Shown: one piece after another, positions 38,218 to 48,322 of the stretch | Layout of the letters: every line of letters begins with the position of its first letter | Position numbering within the stretch: position 1 is the first letter of the stretch | Assembly: GCA_905212085.1 (NCBI GenBank) | Contig: CAJMDF010000001.1 | Span: forward strand, 16,912 to 80,911 | Direction of reading: 5' to 3' | Source of the DNA: an uncultured Clostridium sp. | GTDB lineage: Bacteria > Cyanobacteriota > Vampirovibrionia > Gastranaerophilales > Gastranaerophilaceae | Length of the DNA: 64,000 nt | The notes under the pieces: generated by a model | Database searches by the model: none | What the model saw: the letters and a program-made list of their open reading frames with translations, nothing else | Told to the model about the DNA's origin: nothing | Made by a program: the position numbers and the translations under genes

Positions 38218-40155
38218 TTAGACTATTTGAGGGAAAACTATATCAATATATTTTTGATAGTTTTCAGGTTCAAAAAATCCGACTGAAAATTCTGCAGAAT
38301 TAGCCCCTAATTGTTGTGCTTCCAGTACTTCTATCGGAGGTCCTGCCGGAGTTGAACGAGATGGATTTTTAGGGTTAGAAATTACACCTGTGCTTCTTAA
38401 AAGAGTTATAAGTAGAGATTTCCCTTTTACTTCATATTCTGTAAGTCCTTTTGTAATTACTCCAAAGCCTTGTGTTCCGACATATCTTTGCATTGGTGCA
38501 AAATTTGTTTTAACTTCAATTCCTCTGACTTTTGGCAAGTGTTCTCTCATGTCATAATTCGGATCAAATTCTCTTTTAATAATAGAGTTTAAATCTTCTG
38601 AGTATGTTTCTGTAACTGGTGATTTCAGGTTAAATTTTACTTGCCATAATTTATTTTTTAGCTTGTTATCCCATTCTATTTTAAAATTGATTAGTTCTTC
38701 ATTTTGTTCTACTTGAATGTCAAAAAAACTTGTTTTAATTATATTATTTTTGAATGAGTAAATTTCAGCTTTTTCTCCGATATCATCTGCAACAGCTCCA
38801 AAGTTATATGTATCACCTTCATCTTTGAAGCGTACAAATTCCATTTCGACATTTCCTATACGTATTTTACCGTTTTTAACTTCGAAGTTGATTTGTGGCT
38901 TAACTGCAGGTGAATATTTTAGAGTATAAATATCTGTAAAGTCTTCTGTTACAGGGATTTTTTGAGTGTCATAAAGAAGCGAATTTTCTACTCCGAAATG
39001 TTTTCCGATAACTTTGTATTCAGGGAGTAAGTCTTTATTTTCCATTATTGGAGTTTTGAAATTGTATTTAAATCTTAATTCTTCAATGATAGTATTTGCT
39101 ATTTGGATTATTTTTTCATACCTTGTGATATTTTCTCGATGAACTAAATCTGTGGAGCAACCGCAAATTCCGTCATGGGCTTGATTTTTAAGTAATAATT
39201 TATATGCGTATTCAATTATTGAGGTATATTCTGATCCGTATTTTTTCTGTAATTTGTTCGCTTGCTCAAGTAAATATGTGCATTTAACATTGTATTGTTT
39301 AAGTTTTAACCTAGCAGAATATGAACCTTGCAAGATAAATGTTTTGCTATTATCTCTTAGTTCATCGTTCCATTCAAATTGTTTAAAATTGTCTTTTACA
39401 AGTTCAAAGTATTCAAACGGATTAGATAGGTTAATTTCATATTCAGTATCGTCATTCTTAAATTGTTTCAGAATTTTATTTATTTTTTCGATTTGTTCTG
39501 TAATATCAGGTTCTACTCCTAAATGATCTGCGCCGATTGGAAGAAGTAAATAATCACCAGATTTTTCTGCAATTTTATCTAAATTCCCTTTTAGCCATTC
39601 AGCTTTTTTTTCAATCGTCATTGGTGCTGAAAATATGTCCATAAAGTATCCGCGGATAAGATTTACTGTATTAATCCCGTTAAATGTGAATTCTGAGGGA
39701 ATATCACCACAGCCGCGCCATACAACACATTTATCAATCCCAAATTCTTTAAATATTTTAGGAATATTTTGACTGTGTCCGAAAGTGTCAGCTAGATATC
39801 CTATAAAATCAGTGCAGCCAAAATTTTTTGAGATATTTAGACCTATTTCTAAATTCTTTTCAAATGCGGTTTTGTCTGTAAGAAATTCATCTACAAGTGT
39901 ATAGCAAGGTCCGATATATAATTTTTTTTCTGCGATAAGTTTTCTTACAAGTTCTTCTTTTTCAGGTCTGATTTCTAAGTAGTCTAAAAGAGCACTTACT
40001 TGTCCGTCAAAATAGAAAGATGGAATTTTATTTTGCTCAAGCATATTTAAGACGTTATCAAAAACTCTCAACAGTCTTAGTCTAAAAACTTCAAATTCTC
40101 TATACCATTCTCTATCCCAATGTGTGTGTAAATATGCTATAACTTGTTTTTTCAT
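38218..40155 (-). CDS. Glycoside hydrolase family 38 (alpha-mannosidase-like), short form
   Basis: N-terminal LHTHWDREW motif characteristic of GH38. 645 aa. Confidence 0.6.
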   Translation of the reverse strand: MKKQVIAYLHTHWDREWYREFEVFRLRLLRVFDNVLNMLEQNKIPSFYFDGQVSALLDYLEIRPEKEELVRKLIAEKKLYIGPCYTLVDEFLTDKTAFEKNLEIGLNISKNFGCTDFIGYLADTFGHSQNIPKIFKEFGIDKCVVWRGCGDIPSEFTFNGINTVNLIRGYFMDIFSAPMTIEKKAEWLKGNLDKIAEKSGDYLLLPIGADHLGVEPDITEQIEKINKILKQFKNDDTEYEINLSNPFEYFELVKDNFKQFEWNDELRDNSKTFILQGSYSARLKLKQYNVKCTYLLEQANKLQKKYGSEYTSIIEYAYKLLLKNQAHDGICGCSTDLVHRENITRYEKIIQIANTIIEELRFKYNFKTPIMENKDLLPEYKVIGKHFGVENSLLYDTQKIPVTEDFTDIYTLKYSPAVKPQINFEVKNGKIRIGNVEMEFVRFKDEGDTYNFGAVADDIGEKAEIYSFKNNIIKTSFFDIQVEQNEELINFKIEWDNKLKNKLWQVKFNLKSPVTETYSEDLNSIIKREFDPNYDMREHLPKVRGIEVKTNFAPMQRYVGTQGFGVITKGLTEYEVKGKSLLITLLRSTGVISNPKNPSRSTPAGPPIEVLEAQQLGANSAEFSVGFFEPENYQKYIDIVFPQIV

Positions 40156-40282
40156 AATTAATTTTTAGCATATTTATTTGTATTGTGCAAAGAATTAACA
40201 AAAATTATCTAAGTGTCACCCCTTTTAGAGAATGTGGATTTTTATATATTTATTTATTTTAACTTAAAAGAGGTGAGGTTAA

Positions 40283-41116
40283 ATGAAAAAAATAATTTTA
40301 TTGTCAAGTTTGTTATTATTTATTGCAGGATCTGCTCAGGCAGGCATTTTATCAAATATTTTCGGGTTTGGAAACTACAATAACGGATATTATTATCCGC
40401 CCAATTACCGCTATACAAACAGCAGTTATTACAGACCTCCAAGATACAACACTTATTATAATAACAGGTATTATTATAATCGAAATCCTTATCAATATAA
40501 CAGGTTTTATAATAACAGTTATCCAGGAAATTATTACAATTATAATTATAGGCAGCCTGTTATTTACAGAACTAATGTGAAAAGAAGCATGATCGATGCA
40601 AGTAGTAATGAAAAAATTGTTGCAGATAAAATGTCAGGTATAGACAAGCTGGAAAGACAAATGTTTCATCAAACTTATGAGTATGAAACACCCAAGACAC
40701 GTATTGAAAGACTTGAACAAAAGATATTTGGGGCATCTCAATCCGGAGAGTTAAAAGATCGCTTATCAACTTTAAAAAGTGCTGCAAAAAATTACAAAGC
40801 TTACAATCATAATATGTATAACTCTTATAATCCTGATTATTCAAATTATTCAGCAAATAATGCTTACAGACCTCCAATTTTTACTGGTTCATCAGGTGCA
40901 GGATGGCAAAATACGCTATGGGGAAATTTTAAGAATCAATTTACAGGCATGCCTACAGGTTTTACTCCAGCCATGGATCCGGCTTATATGGATTACTTTG
41001 AAGCAGAACGTGCAATGATGGGTAATGGTCAATCTATCGATGTTAGAACAAACAGAGGGTATTACACGTCAAATACAAATCGCGGCATGACAACAGGTGT
41101 GACAATATTAGATTGA
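40283..41116 (+). CDS. Secreted Tyr/Asn-rich low-complexity protein
   Basis: Signal peptide MKKIILLSSLLLFIAGSAQA, then a YYRPPRYNTYYNNRYYYNRNPYQYNRFYNN region. Confidence 0.5.
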   Translation: MKKIILLSSLLLFIAGSAQAGILSNIFGFGNYNNGYYYPPNYRYTNSSYYRPPRYNTYYNNRYYYNRNPYQYNRFYNNSYPGNYYNYNYRQPVIYRTNVKRSMIDASSNEKIVADKMSGIDKLERQMFHQTYEYETPKTRIERLEQKIFGASQSGELKDRLSTLKSAAKNYKAYNHNMYNSYNPDYSNYSANNAYRPPIFTGSSGAGWQNTLWGNFKNQFTGMPTGFTPAMDPAYMDYFEAERAMMGNGQSIDVRTNRGYYTSNTNRGMTTGVTILD

Positions 41117-41159
41117 CTTTTTTTATAATGTCATTAAATCATACATATAGATGTTTATG

Positions 41160-41199
41160 CCACTCTTAAAATAGGTAATAATATCTATGATAAGAGTGG
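41160..41199 (+). promoter_or_regulatory. Inverted repeat (9-bp arms ccactctta/taagagtgg, 22-nt spacer) overlapping the probable SD of fliJ
   Basis: Seen directly. The right arm GAGTGG ends 6 nt before the ATG at 41206. Confidence 0.3.
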
Positions 41200-41205
41200 T
41201 ATAAA

Positions 41206-41694
41206 ATGCCTTTCAGATACAGGTTACAAAAAGTTCTGGAATTTCGTATTCGTAAAAAAGAAGAACAATTGGCCGTAGTTCAAAAAGCTCAACAAGCAGT
41301 ATTTATTGCGGAAGAAAATATTCGAAAAAACGAAGAAGAAATAAGGACAACAAAACAGAATATGCGTCAAGCAGATCCTATGATGTATGAAACGTATGAT
41401 AAATACTTAATATATCTTTGGGACAAAGCAGAAAAACTTGAACAAATCAGAGTAGAAGCTCAACAAAAGCTTGATGAAGAAAAAGCAAAGCTCGTAAAAC
41501 TGGAACAAGGTGTTAAAGTCTTAGAAAAACATAAAGAAAAACACAGAGAGGCTTACATCGCAGAAGAAAAAGCCGCAGAATTAAAACAGTATTCAGAATT
41601 AGGAGTTACAAGGTTTTTCAGGCAAAGCCACGAAAAAATAGAAGAGGAAGAAGAAATCCTCAAAAAGTTAGAAGAAATAGACGGAGGTAGTTAA
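41206..41694 (+). CDS. fliJ: Flagellar export chaperone FliJ-like coiled-coil protein
   Basis: MPFRYRLQKVLEFR N-terminus resembles the FliJ family. 162 aa coiled coil. Flagellar neighbours. Confidence 0.55.
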   Translation: MPFRYRLQKVLEFRIRKKEEQLAVVQKAQQAVFIAEENIRKNEEEIRTTKQNMRQADPMMYETYDKYLIYLWDKAEKLEQIRVEAQQKLDEEKAKLVKLEQGVKVLEKHKEKHREAYIAEEKAAELKQYSELGVTRFFRQSHEKIEEEEEILKKLEEIDGGS

Positions 41695-41699
41695 TTAAA

Positions 41700-42551
41700 A
41701 TGAATGTAAGTACATCTTCAGCAGCAGCAACTGCAAGCACTTCAGATGTTAGTTCTACTCAATCACAATCTAAGACAAGTAAAACTAAGTCTACTGATAA
41801 ATCTTTTGAAGATGAAATGAAGACTGCTTCTGAGTCTGAAAAAGATAGCAAAGTAGAATCTTCTAAAGATGATAAAAAAGCAGAAAATAATAAAAAAACT
41901 GAAAAAGATTCAACAAAAGAAGCAAATAAGTTATCTCAAGAATTACAAAAAGATGTTGATGATATTGTCCCTGATGATATGTTAAAAGGCGGTGTTAATT
42001 TTACAGATTTTAAATATCATAATGAAGGTCAATCTATTCTTTCTCAAAATATTCAAAACTTAATTAATACAAAAGATTTGATGAGTACAATAAATTCAGC
42101 TTCAACATTTGATTATGATGTGATTAATATGTCTGATAGTGATGCAAATTTCTTTGCTAATCTTGTTCAAAATACTGATATGTCAATGAAAAGCATTGCT
42201 ACTCAAATAAATGATGCTATGGCTAATGGTACAGAAGGAATTCAACAAAATGTTCAAGTATCTACTGTTTTGATGGATAAGTTATCTGAATCAATGAAAA
42301 CAAATCAACCTTTCAGAATTGATTTTGATAAAGATGTTTCTGTTATTTTGAAGGTGAATAAAGACGGTAGTCTTGCAGCTAATTTTATTCCCGGAGATAA
42401 GGCTGTAGAGCAATATTTGAGAAATAATATTTCATCATTACGACAAAGATTTGATGATCAAAATTTACCATATTCAGAATTAAGCTATAGTAATTCTCGT
42501 CAGCAGCAACAAGAAAGACGTAGAAATAATAAGGAGAATAGAAATGAATGA
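41700..42551 (+). CDS. fliK: Flagellar hook-length control protein FliK-like
   Basis: Acidic and K-rich N-terminus. C-terminal Flg_hook-like block. Position between fliJ and a rod/hook gene. Confidence 0.45.
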   Translation: MNVSTSSAAATASTSDVSSTQSQSKTSKTKSTDKSFEDEMKTASESEKDSKVESSKDDKKAENNKKTEKDSTKEANKLSQELQKDVDDIVPDDMLKGGVNFTDFKYHNEGQSILSQNIQNLINTKDLMSTINSASTFDYDVINMSDSDANFFANLVQNTDMSMKSIATQINDAMANGTEGIQQNVQVSTVLMDKLSESMKTNQPFRIDFDKDVSVILKVNKDGSLAANFIPGDKAVEQYLRNNISSLRQRFDDQNLPYSELSYSNSRQQQQERRRNNKENRNE

Positions 42552-43380
42552 TTCTTTTATAACTGCTTTAAATACGCAAAAATCCACTACAAACTGGATG
42601 GATGTTATTGCAAGTAACATGACAAATGTCTATACTCCTGGTTTTAGAGAACAACAAGTTACTTTTAAAACCTTTTTAGGTGGTGCTATTTCTGATGATT
42701 ATGATAAAAAAATGAGTCAAGGTAAGTCAACACCTGGTACTTCAAATGAAAACTTATTTTTAGAAGGTAAGGGGTTTTTCTTGGTAAAAAATGAAGAAGG
42801 TAAAAGTATTTACACAAGATTAGGTGAATTTACCTTTGATAAAGAAGGTGTCTATAGAGATAAAAGTGGCAATACCGTTCAAGGATATATTTTGAATGAT
42901 AAAGGTGAAATTATGCAGGGAACTAAATCAATTACTTCTGACCTTTATCAGCAAACAGCCTTGAAAGGTGGAGCATTAGATATTCCTACAACTAATATTA
43001 AATTGTGGATTGATCCTAATAATGGGAAATATCTTGGGAAATACGATGACTATGAAATCAAAAATGACGGTACAATTTATGGAAAAGCTGATGGCGGAAA
43101 ACGTTCAGTTCCATTATATCGTGTAACTACAAGAAATTTCCACAATGCTGCGGCTCTTTATGAATTTAAACCTGGACAGTTTTTAGAAACAGAAGAATCT
43201 GGAAAACCTGTAATTGGTGTTGGTGAAATCAGATCAGGTCTTTTAGAAATGTCAAATGCTGATTTTAGGGCAAATATTTCTTACTTCCAAATGGCTAAAT
43301 TGCAGATGGAAGTTTCAAATAAATTGATTTCTTCTAATAAAGAGTTACTCGAAGAAGCTCTGAGATTAGTTGGTAACTAA
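42544..43380 (+). CDS. Flagellar basal-body rod/hook family protein (FlgG/FlgF/FlgE-like)
   Basis: N-terminal rod motif SNMTNVYTPGFRE and a C-terminal Flg_bbr_C-like block. Confidence 0.65.
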   Translation: MNDSFITALNTQKSTTNWMDVIASNMTNVYTPGFREQQVTFKTFLGGAISDDYDKKMSQGKSTPGTSNENLFLEGKGFFLVKNEEGKSIYTRLGEFTFDKEGVYRDKSGNTVQGYILNDKGEIMQGTKSITSDLYQQTALKGGALDIPTTNIKLWIDPNNGKYLGKYDDYEIKNDGTIYGKADGGKRSVPLYRVTTRNFHNAAALYEFKPGQFLETEESGKPVIGVGEIRSGLLEMSNADFRANISYFQMAKLQMEVSNKLISSNKELLEEALRLVGN

Positions 43381-43412
43381 TTTTTATATAGTTTAAATTT
43401 TTAAACTCCATT

Positions 43413-44372
43413 TTATGAAGGGACTTTGGTCCCTTTTATTTCTTTTATAATTTCAATAATTTCTTGAGATGCATCATTGATATCAGCAATATTTAGGTTT
43501 ACTAGTTGTGCAAATTCTGCTTTTTTAAATTCGTGCAGTCCCCTATGTTTAAAAAAGTTTTCAAGAAATTCTACTTTTGAGGAGCATTTTTCTAAGTCTT
43601 CAATTGGAGCTAATGAAATATTTTGGGTAGCATAATTCAAGGTTTTTATTATTAATGAATTAGGTAGCATATCTTCAAATTCTCCGCTTTTAAGAAGATG
43701 AATTTTATCTATTTCTCGCAATTTAGGCTTAATTTCCATTAAATTGGATTGTGCATCATTATCCAAAAGTACAAAAATAGGAATTTTTAATTTGTCTGCA
43801 AAGTTGTAAAAATATTTTACAACTTGATTTTTACCGCCTGCCGATAATATATGAATGCCATATTTATTGAAATCATACCCGCAAATTTGAGAAAATTTTG
43901 GAAGTAATATTTCTTCTGTTATTCCCTCACATAAGATTATAGTTTTTATCGGATAGCCAAAGCTTTGGTTATCAGGAATAGTTGCAGAAAGTGTTTTTAG
44001 CCATTTTAGGTTGTTAGGAATATTTTCAGGCAAAAGTTCTATAATTTTATTGTAATTAATATTATTTTTTAAAAGTTTTTTTGTATTTTCACTTAGTTTG
44101 AACAAAGAATTTTCATAATCATAAAGTCGTTGATTTATAATTAAATTATTATTTTTTTCGTTAAAGGAAGAATTAATTATATCTTCTGCGATATTTGTTA
44201 ATTCTTCATAATCCATGTTATCGAGTTCTTGTTTTTTTAATTTAGGTTCAATAAGGTTATTTATTATTATATCTTTAAAGACCCTCAGATATTTTATTTC
44301 AGTATCTTTAAATCTGGTGAGTCTGTCAGCTGATATAGTTAGTTGTTCTTTTGTGAGCGGTTTTATTTTCAA
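43413..44372 (-). CDS. Standalone OLD-type TOPRIM domain protein (putative nuclease) with an uncharacterised N-terminal domain
   Basis: IILCEGITEEILLP (TOPRIM Glu) and VLLDNDAQ (DxD) motifs. No ATPase domain. Confidence 0.5.
   Translation of the reverse strand: MKIKPLTKEQLTISADRLTRFKDTEIKYLRVFKDIIINNLIEPKLKKQELDNMDYEELTNIAEDIINSSFNEKNNNLIINQRLYDYENSLFKLSENTKKLLKNNINYNKIIELLPENIPNNLKWLKTLSATIPDNQSFGYPIKTIILCEGITEEILLPKFSQICGYDFNKYGIHILSAGGKNQVVKYFYNFADKLKIPIFVLLDNDAQSNLMEIKPKLREIDKIHLLKSGEFEDMLPNSLIIKTLNYATQNISLAPIEDLEKCSSKVEFLENFFKHRGLHEFKKAEFAQLVNLNIADINDASQEIIEIIKEIKGTKVPS
43418..43440 (+). terminator. Terminator hairpin after the rod gene (gggac-tttg-gtccc plus T-run), overlapping the 3' end of the convergent TOPRIM gene
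   Basis: Seen directly. Confidence 0.5.
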
Positions 44373-44475
44373 AATTTTATCCCTGATTGTAACATTTGTT
44401 AATTAAATGTAATAAATTTAGCAAATTTTTTCCATTTTATTTTTTTATTATAATAAGTAGTAGTGGAGTGGAATT

Positions 44476-45888
44476 GTGTATTCATTAAACTTTAATACCC
44501 AGCAATATAATAATTATAACACAGTAAAGTCTGTTAGTGCTACCAGGGTTGAAAAAAATGAGCATGCAAAGGAAAACAAACCTTCTTTTACATCAAACCC
44601 TATTATGACACAAGTTCCGTATAATCCTGCTCTTACTGCTTCGAGATTGCGAACAGAATTATCATCAAAAGATGAAAAAAATAAATATAATGAACTTGTA
44701 AAAATTTCTGATAGAGAGACTAAAAAGAATTTAAACATGCTTTTGAAAACAGGCATTTTATTAAATGCTGATTCAAATGATAATTCAACAACTTTGGATA
44801 ATTTGTATAAAATAGCAACTACACAAAGAGCTCAAGGGCTTAGTAATGTTGTTATTTTGAAAAATACAATAGATACACTTGCAAATCCTTATGTGATTAC
44901 ACAACAATTTGGTAATATCCCTGATAAATATAGGGCTCAAGTAGAAGCTGCGGAAAAGAATAAAAATGTTAATTCTACATCTTCATTGCCATTTTCAGGA
45001 GCTTCTGATATTGATGTTGACCATTCAGGAACTTGTGTTGCATCAAGTATTGAATTTAATTTAGCAGATAAACATCCTGCAGAATTCGCAAGATTTGCAG
45101 AAGGTTTAAGTTCTCCTTCTATGAGTGTTCAAAAAACTATTAAGATGAATAATCTTGCTGATAATACATTAGATGCAATTTGGTTATTAAATGCTTTTGA
45201 AATTCCTTATGAAGCTCATGATTTTGACAAGGCAAAATTAACTTTTGCACCTGATAAAAATGCAATAGTAAGAGCATTTATCCAAACTGTAGATAAAGAT
45301 AATCTTGAAAGGACTCCGTTAGATGTATTAATGCAATCTACATTTATGCAAGTTGGTTCTCAACAGTCTTATGATACATTGACAGATAAACGTGCCGGAA
45401 AATTTAACCAAAATGATAAAGGTTTAATTGAATTTGAAAAAACATTCACAGAATCAGTTGTAGAAGATAAAAATAAGATTTCAGTTACATACCAGACAGT
45501 TGATGAAAATGCTCGATTAGTAGGATATGAAACTGATTTTAATACTATGAAAAAACAAATTACAGATGCTTTAAATTTAGGCGAAAATGTAATTATCGGT
45601 TATACTCAAGTTGATAATAATAATACTATAATTAATGGTCATGAGATAACTATTATAGGAACAAAGACTGATAAAAACGGTAAAATGATTTTCATTTGTA
45701 ATGATACGGATGATAATATGTCGAAACCGATAGAATATTCAGAAGATTATTTATTACCGAAAATTCACCATGCAGCATTGCCTCAGGCAGTTGTTGCTGA
45801 TGATGTAAATCTTGTTGAAAACTGGGTGGAAGGATTAAAGACATATAAGGAATTGAAAAAACAATCTCAGTTAAAACAAGCGGCTTAA
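44476..45888 (+). CDS. Hypothetical protein with a papain-like (C39-like) cysteine peptidase signature
   Basis: HSGTCVASS (candidate Cys), NGHEITIIGT (candidate His), ICNDTDD. Confidence 0.3.
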   Translation: MYSLNFNTQQYNNYNTVKSVSATRVEKNEHAKENKPSFTSNPIMTQVPYNPALTASRLRTELSSKDEKNKYNELVKISDRETKKNLNMLLKTGILLNADSNDNSTTLDNLYKIATTQRAQGLSNVVILKNTIDTLANPYVITQQFGNIPDKYRAQVEAAEKNKNVNSTSSLPFSGASDIDVDHSGTCVASSIEFNLADKHPAEFARFAEGLSSPSMSVQKTIKMNNLADNTLDAIWLLNAFEIPYEAHDFDKAKLTFAPDKNAIVRAFIQTVDKDNLERTPLDVLMQSTFMQVGSQQSYDTLTDKRAGKFNQNDKGLIEFEKTFTESVVEDKNKISVTYQTVDENARLVGYETDFNTMKKQITDALNLGENVIIGYTQVDNNNTIINGHEITIIGTKTDKNGKMIFICNDTDDNMSKPIEYSEDYLLPKIHHAALPQAVVADDVNLVENWVEGLKTYKELKKQSQLKQAA

Positions 45889-45967
45889 TGTTTATTTACA
45901 TTAAGTCATTTTTTAGCAAAAAAAATATTGATGATATTTAATTAATTTAAATAAAGGGTGAAAAAAT

Positions 45968-47626
45968 ATGAATTTAATAATAAACGGCTTACCAAAGGTA
46001 TCATTTAAAGCTACAGGTAGTGTGAATCAGGTCCAAAATCAGCCAACTCAACTTGCACCTCAAATAAAGCAGGATACTTTTGAAAAAACAGATAATAAAT
46101 CTGAAGCTAAAGCTCAGGAATATAGTTATCCTAAAAATACAGCAACTCCTCAGTATTCAAAGCCTGATCATATAACCACAAGTATATTTTATATTTCAGA
46201 TTTGCATGGCAAGATGACAAATATGGAAAGAATTTGTGAAATGGCAAGATTATTTGATACCAATAGTACATCTACAGCAAAATTGAAACTTGCATCAGGT
46301 GATATTTTGCTTGGTTCAAATCCAATGACGAATAAAGTAGCCAGTCACTTCCTTAATTGGATTGGTATTAAGGATAACAGCTTAGGAAATCATGAACTTG
46401 ATGCAACTCCTGCTGCATTTGCCGAATCTCTAAAGGATGCAAAATATAATTTGTTAGCCACAAATGTAACTGTAAATCCAAAAAGCCCAATGGCAGGAAA
46501 GATAAAAAAATCAATTATCGAAGAAGATAATGGTGAAAAATTCGGAATAATTGGAACTGCTCCTTCAGATGCTTTGGAAAGAGTTGGTACAAGAGAGTCT
46601 TTAGAAGATATCAAAATTGATAATGTTGATACGACTATTAAAAAAATTCAAGAAGAAATTAATAAATTAAAAGCTCAAAATATTAATAAAATTATTCTAT
46701 TATCACATTCAGGGAAAGATGTGGATAAACGTATTATACAAGAAACATCTGGTATTGATATCGTTTTAGGCGGTCATACTCATGATTTATACAAAGGAGT
46801 AAAAGAAGGTGAAAACCTATTGTATTCAAAATCGGGAGAACCGGTTGTTTTAACTCAAATCGGTAAAGATGGAGAATATGTCGGTGTTCTAAATGTAGAA
46901 TTTGATAAAAACGGTATTTTAACAAAAGTTCAGAATAATGTTATGAGAACAGGTTCTTTTACAAGAAAATTGCCTTTTAAAACAGCAGTAGAATCAATAA
47001 TCGGAAAACCTGAAGTGTTAGGTACAATAAAATCAGCACCTCCTTCTCCAAAAGATAGATTAATTGCAAATAATCCTCATGGAAATATTATTGTAGATGC
47101 AATGAGAAAAGAATTAGGTACTGATATTGCAATCTTGAATGCAGGAAATTTACGTGGATTCTTTGCTGAAGGAGAAGTTGATTCAAGAAGAATTAATGAT
47201 GTAACTCCATTTGAAGATAAAATGATGATTTGTAATTTATCTGAAAAACAAATAGTTGATGCTCTAAAAGTTGGGGCAAAATCATTTGTAAATCCTGCGC
47301 ACAAACCAGGTTTATTACTTGTATCAGGTTTAAATTATACAGTATCTGACAAAGGGCAACTTTTAGATTTATCTTATATTGATAAACAAGGTAATAAAAT
47401 CCCTATTGATATTAATAACCCTAGTACAACAAAAAAATACAGCGTAGCTTGTGATGATTTCTTTGCATATGGTGGGGATGATTATTTACCTGTAAATCAA
47501 AATCCTGATTATATTGTGAAAAAATTTGATGTAGATAAAAATGTGTATACCGCAAATTATATTAAAAATCACAATGGACCAATAGAAATTAAAGAAGATG
47601 ACAGAATAAAAATAGTTAAAGCTTAA
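45968..47626 (+). CDS. Bifunctional metallophosphoesterase/5'-nucleotidase (UshA/CpdB-like)
   Basis: ISDLHG, GNHELD, LSHSG and GGHTHD calcineurin-like motifs, plus the 5'-nucleotidase C-terminal domain. Confidence 0.75.
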   Translation: MNLIINGLPKVSFKATGSVNQVQNQPTQLAPQIKQDTFEKTDNKSEAKAQEYSYPKNTATPQYSKPDHITTSIFYISDLHGKMTNMERICEMARLFDTNSTSTAKLKLASGDILLGSNPMTNKVASHFLNWIGIKDNSLGNHELDATPAAFAESLKDAKYNLLATNVTVNPKSPMAGKIKKSIIEEDNGEKFGIIGTAPSDALERVGTRESLEDIKIDNVDTTIKKIQEEINKLKAQNINKIILLSHSGKDVDKRIIQETSGIDIVLGGHTHDLYKGVKEGENLLYSKSGEPVVLTQIGKDGEYVGVLNVEFDKNGILTKVQNNVMRTGSFTRKLPFKTAVESIIGKPEVLGTIKSAPPSPKDRLIANNPHGNIIVDAMRKELGTDIAILNAGNLRGFFAEGEVDSRRINDVTPFEDKMMICNLSEKQIVDALKVGAKSFVNPAHKPGLLLVSGLNYTVSDKGQLLDLSYIDKQGNKIPIDINNPSTTKKYSVACDDFFAYGGDDYLPVNQNPDYIVKKFDVDKNVYTANYIKNHNGPIEIKEDDRIKIVKA

Positions 47627-47632
47627 TCCTTA

Positions 47633-48295
47633 TTAATATCCGTATTGTTCATGCGAATTTAGGTATTCTTTAACAGTATTCAAAGATGCTTGTACAATTC
47701 TTGTTACTCGAGAAGAAGATAGCCCTACTTGTTTTGCAATATCTTTTACCTGCATATTTCTGTAAAATCTATATTCTACAACAGTTCTTTCTTTAGGTGG
47801 AAGTTTCGCAATAGCTTCTCTAATCATTCTTCCCATTTCTGTAATTTCAGCATTTTCATCTGGTTGAGCATGAGGATCTTTCAAAAAGTCAAATGGTGAA
47901 TCATTATCACTAGCTGCAGCAGCAAGACCGTCAATTGAAAGAATTGTTTCATAGACAGCTTCACGCACTTTAGCTTTTTGCATATCCATTCCTTCAACTG
48001 CTTCTTCTTCATCATATTGATCATCAGGTTTATGTTTTAAAGAGTACCATTTATATCTGATTCTTAATTCATTTCTTATAGCCCATCTTACAGCTGTTGC
48101 AATGTATGCTGAATTATATTTTTCTAATTGCTCTGGTGTTTTATTTTTTATTAATGCTTGGATAGCTAAAATTCCGATTGAAACTAATTCTTCATAATCT
48201 ACCATATGAGCAGGGATTCTTCGATGCTCAACTTTAGCAACTTTTTGAACTAAATCTATATATTCTTGTAATTTATTTTTATTTTCCATAACCAT
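47633..48295 (-). CDS. fliA: RNA polymerase sigma factor, FliA/sigma-28-like (sigma-70 family regions 2 and 4)
   Basis: Region 2 YIATAVRWAIRNELR. Region 4 HTH VKDIAKQVGLSSSRVTRIVQ. Adjacent to flhB. Confidence 0.55.
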   Translation of the reverse strand: MVMENKNKLQEYIDLVQKVAKVEHRRIPAHMVDYEELVSIGILAIQALIKNKTPEQLEKYNSAYIATAVRWAIRNELRIRYKWYSLKHKPDDQYDEEEAVEGMDMQKAKVREAVYETILSIDGLAAAASDNDSPFDFLKDPHAQPDENAEITEMGRMIREAIAKLPPKERTVVEYRFYRNMQVKDIAKQVGLSSSRVTRIVQASLNTVKEYLNSHEQYGY

Positions 48296-48322
48296 GATTA
48301 TAAAATTATTCTAGCATAGAAT

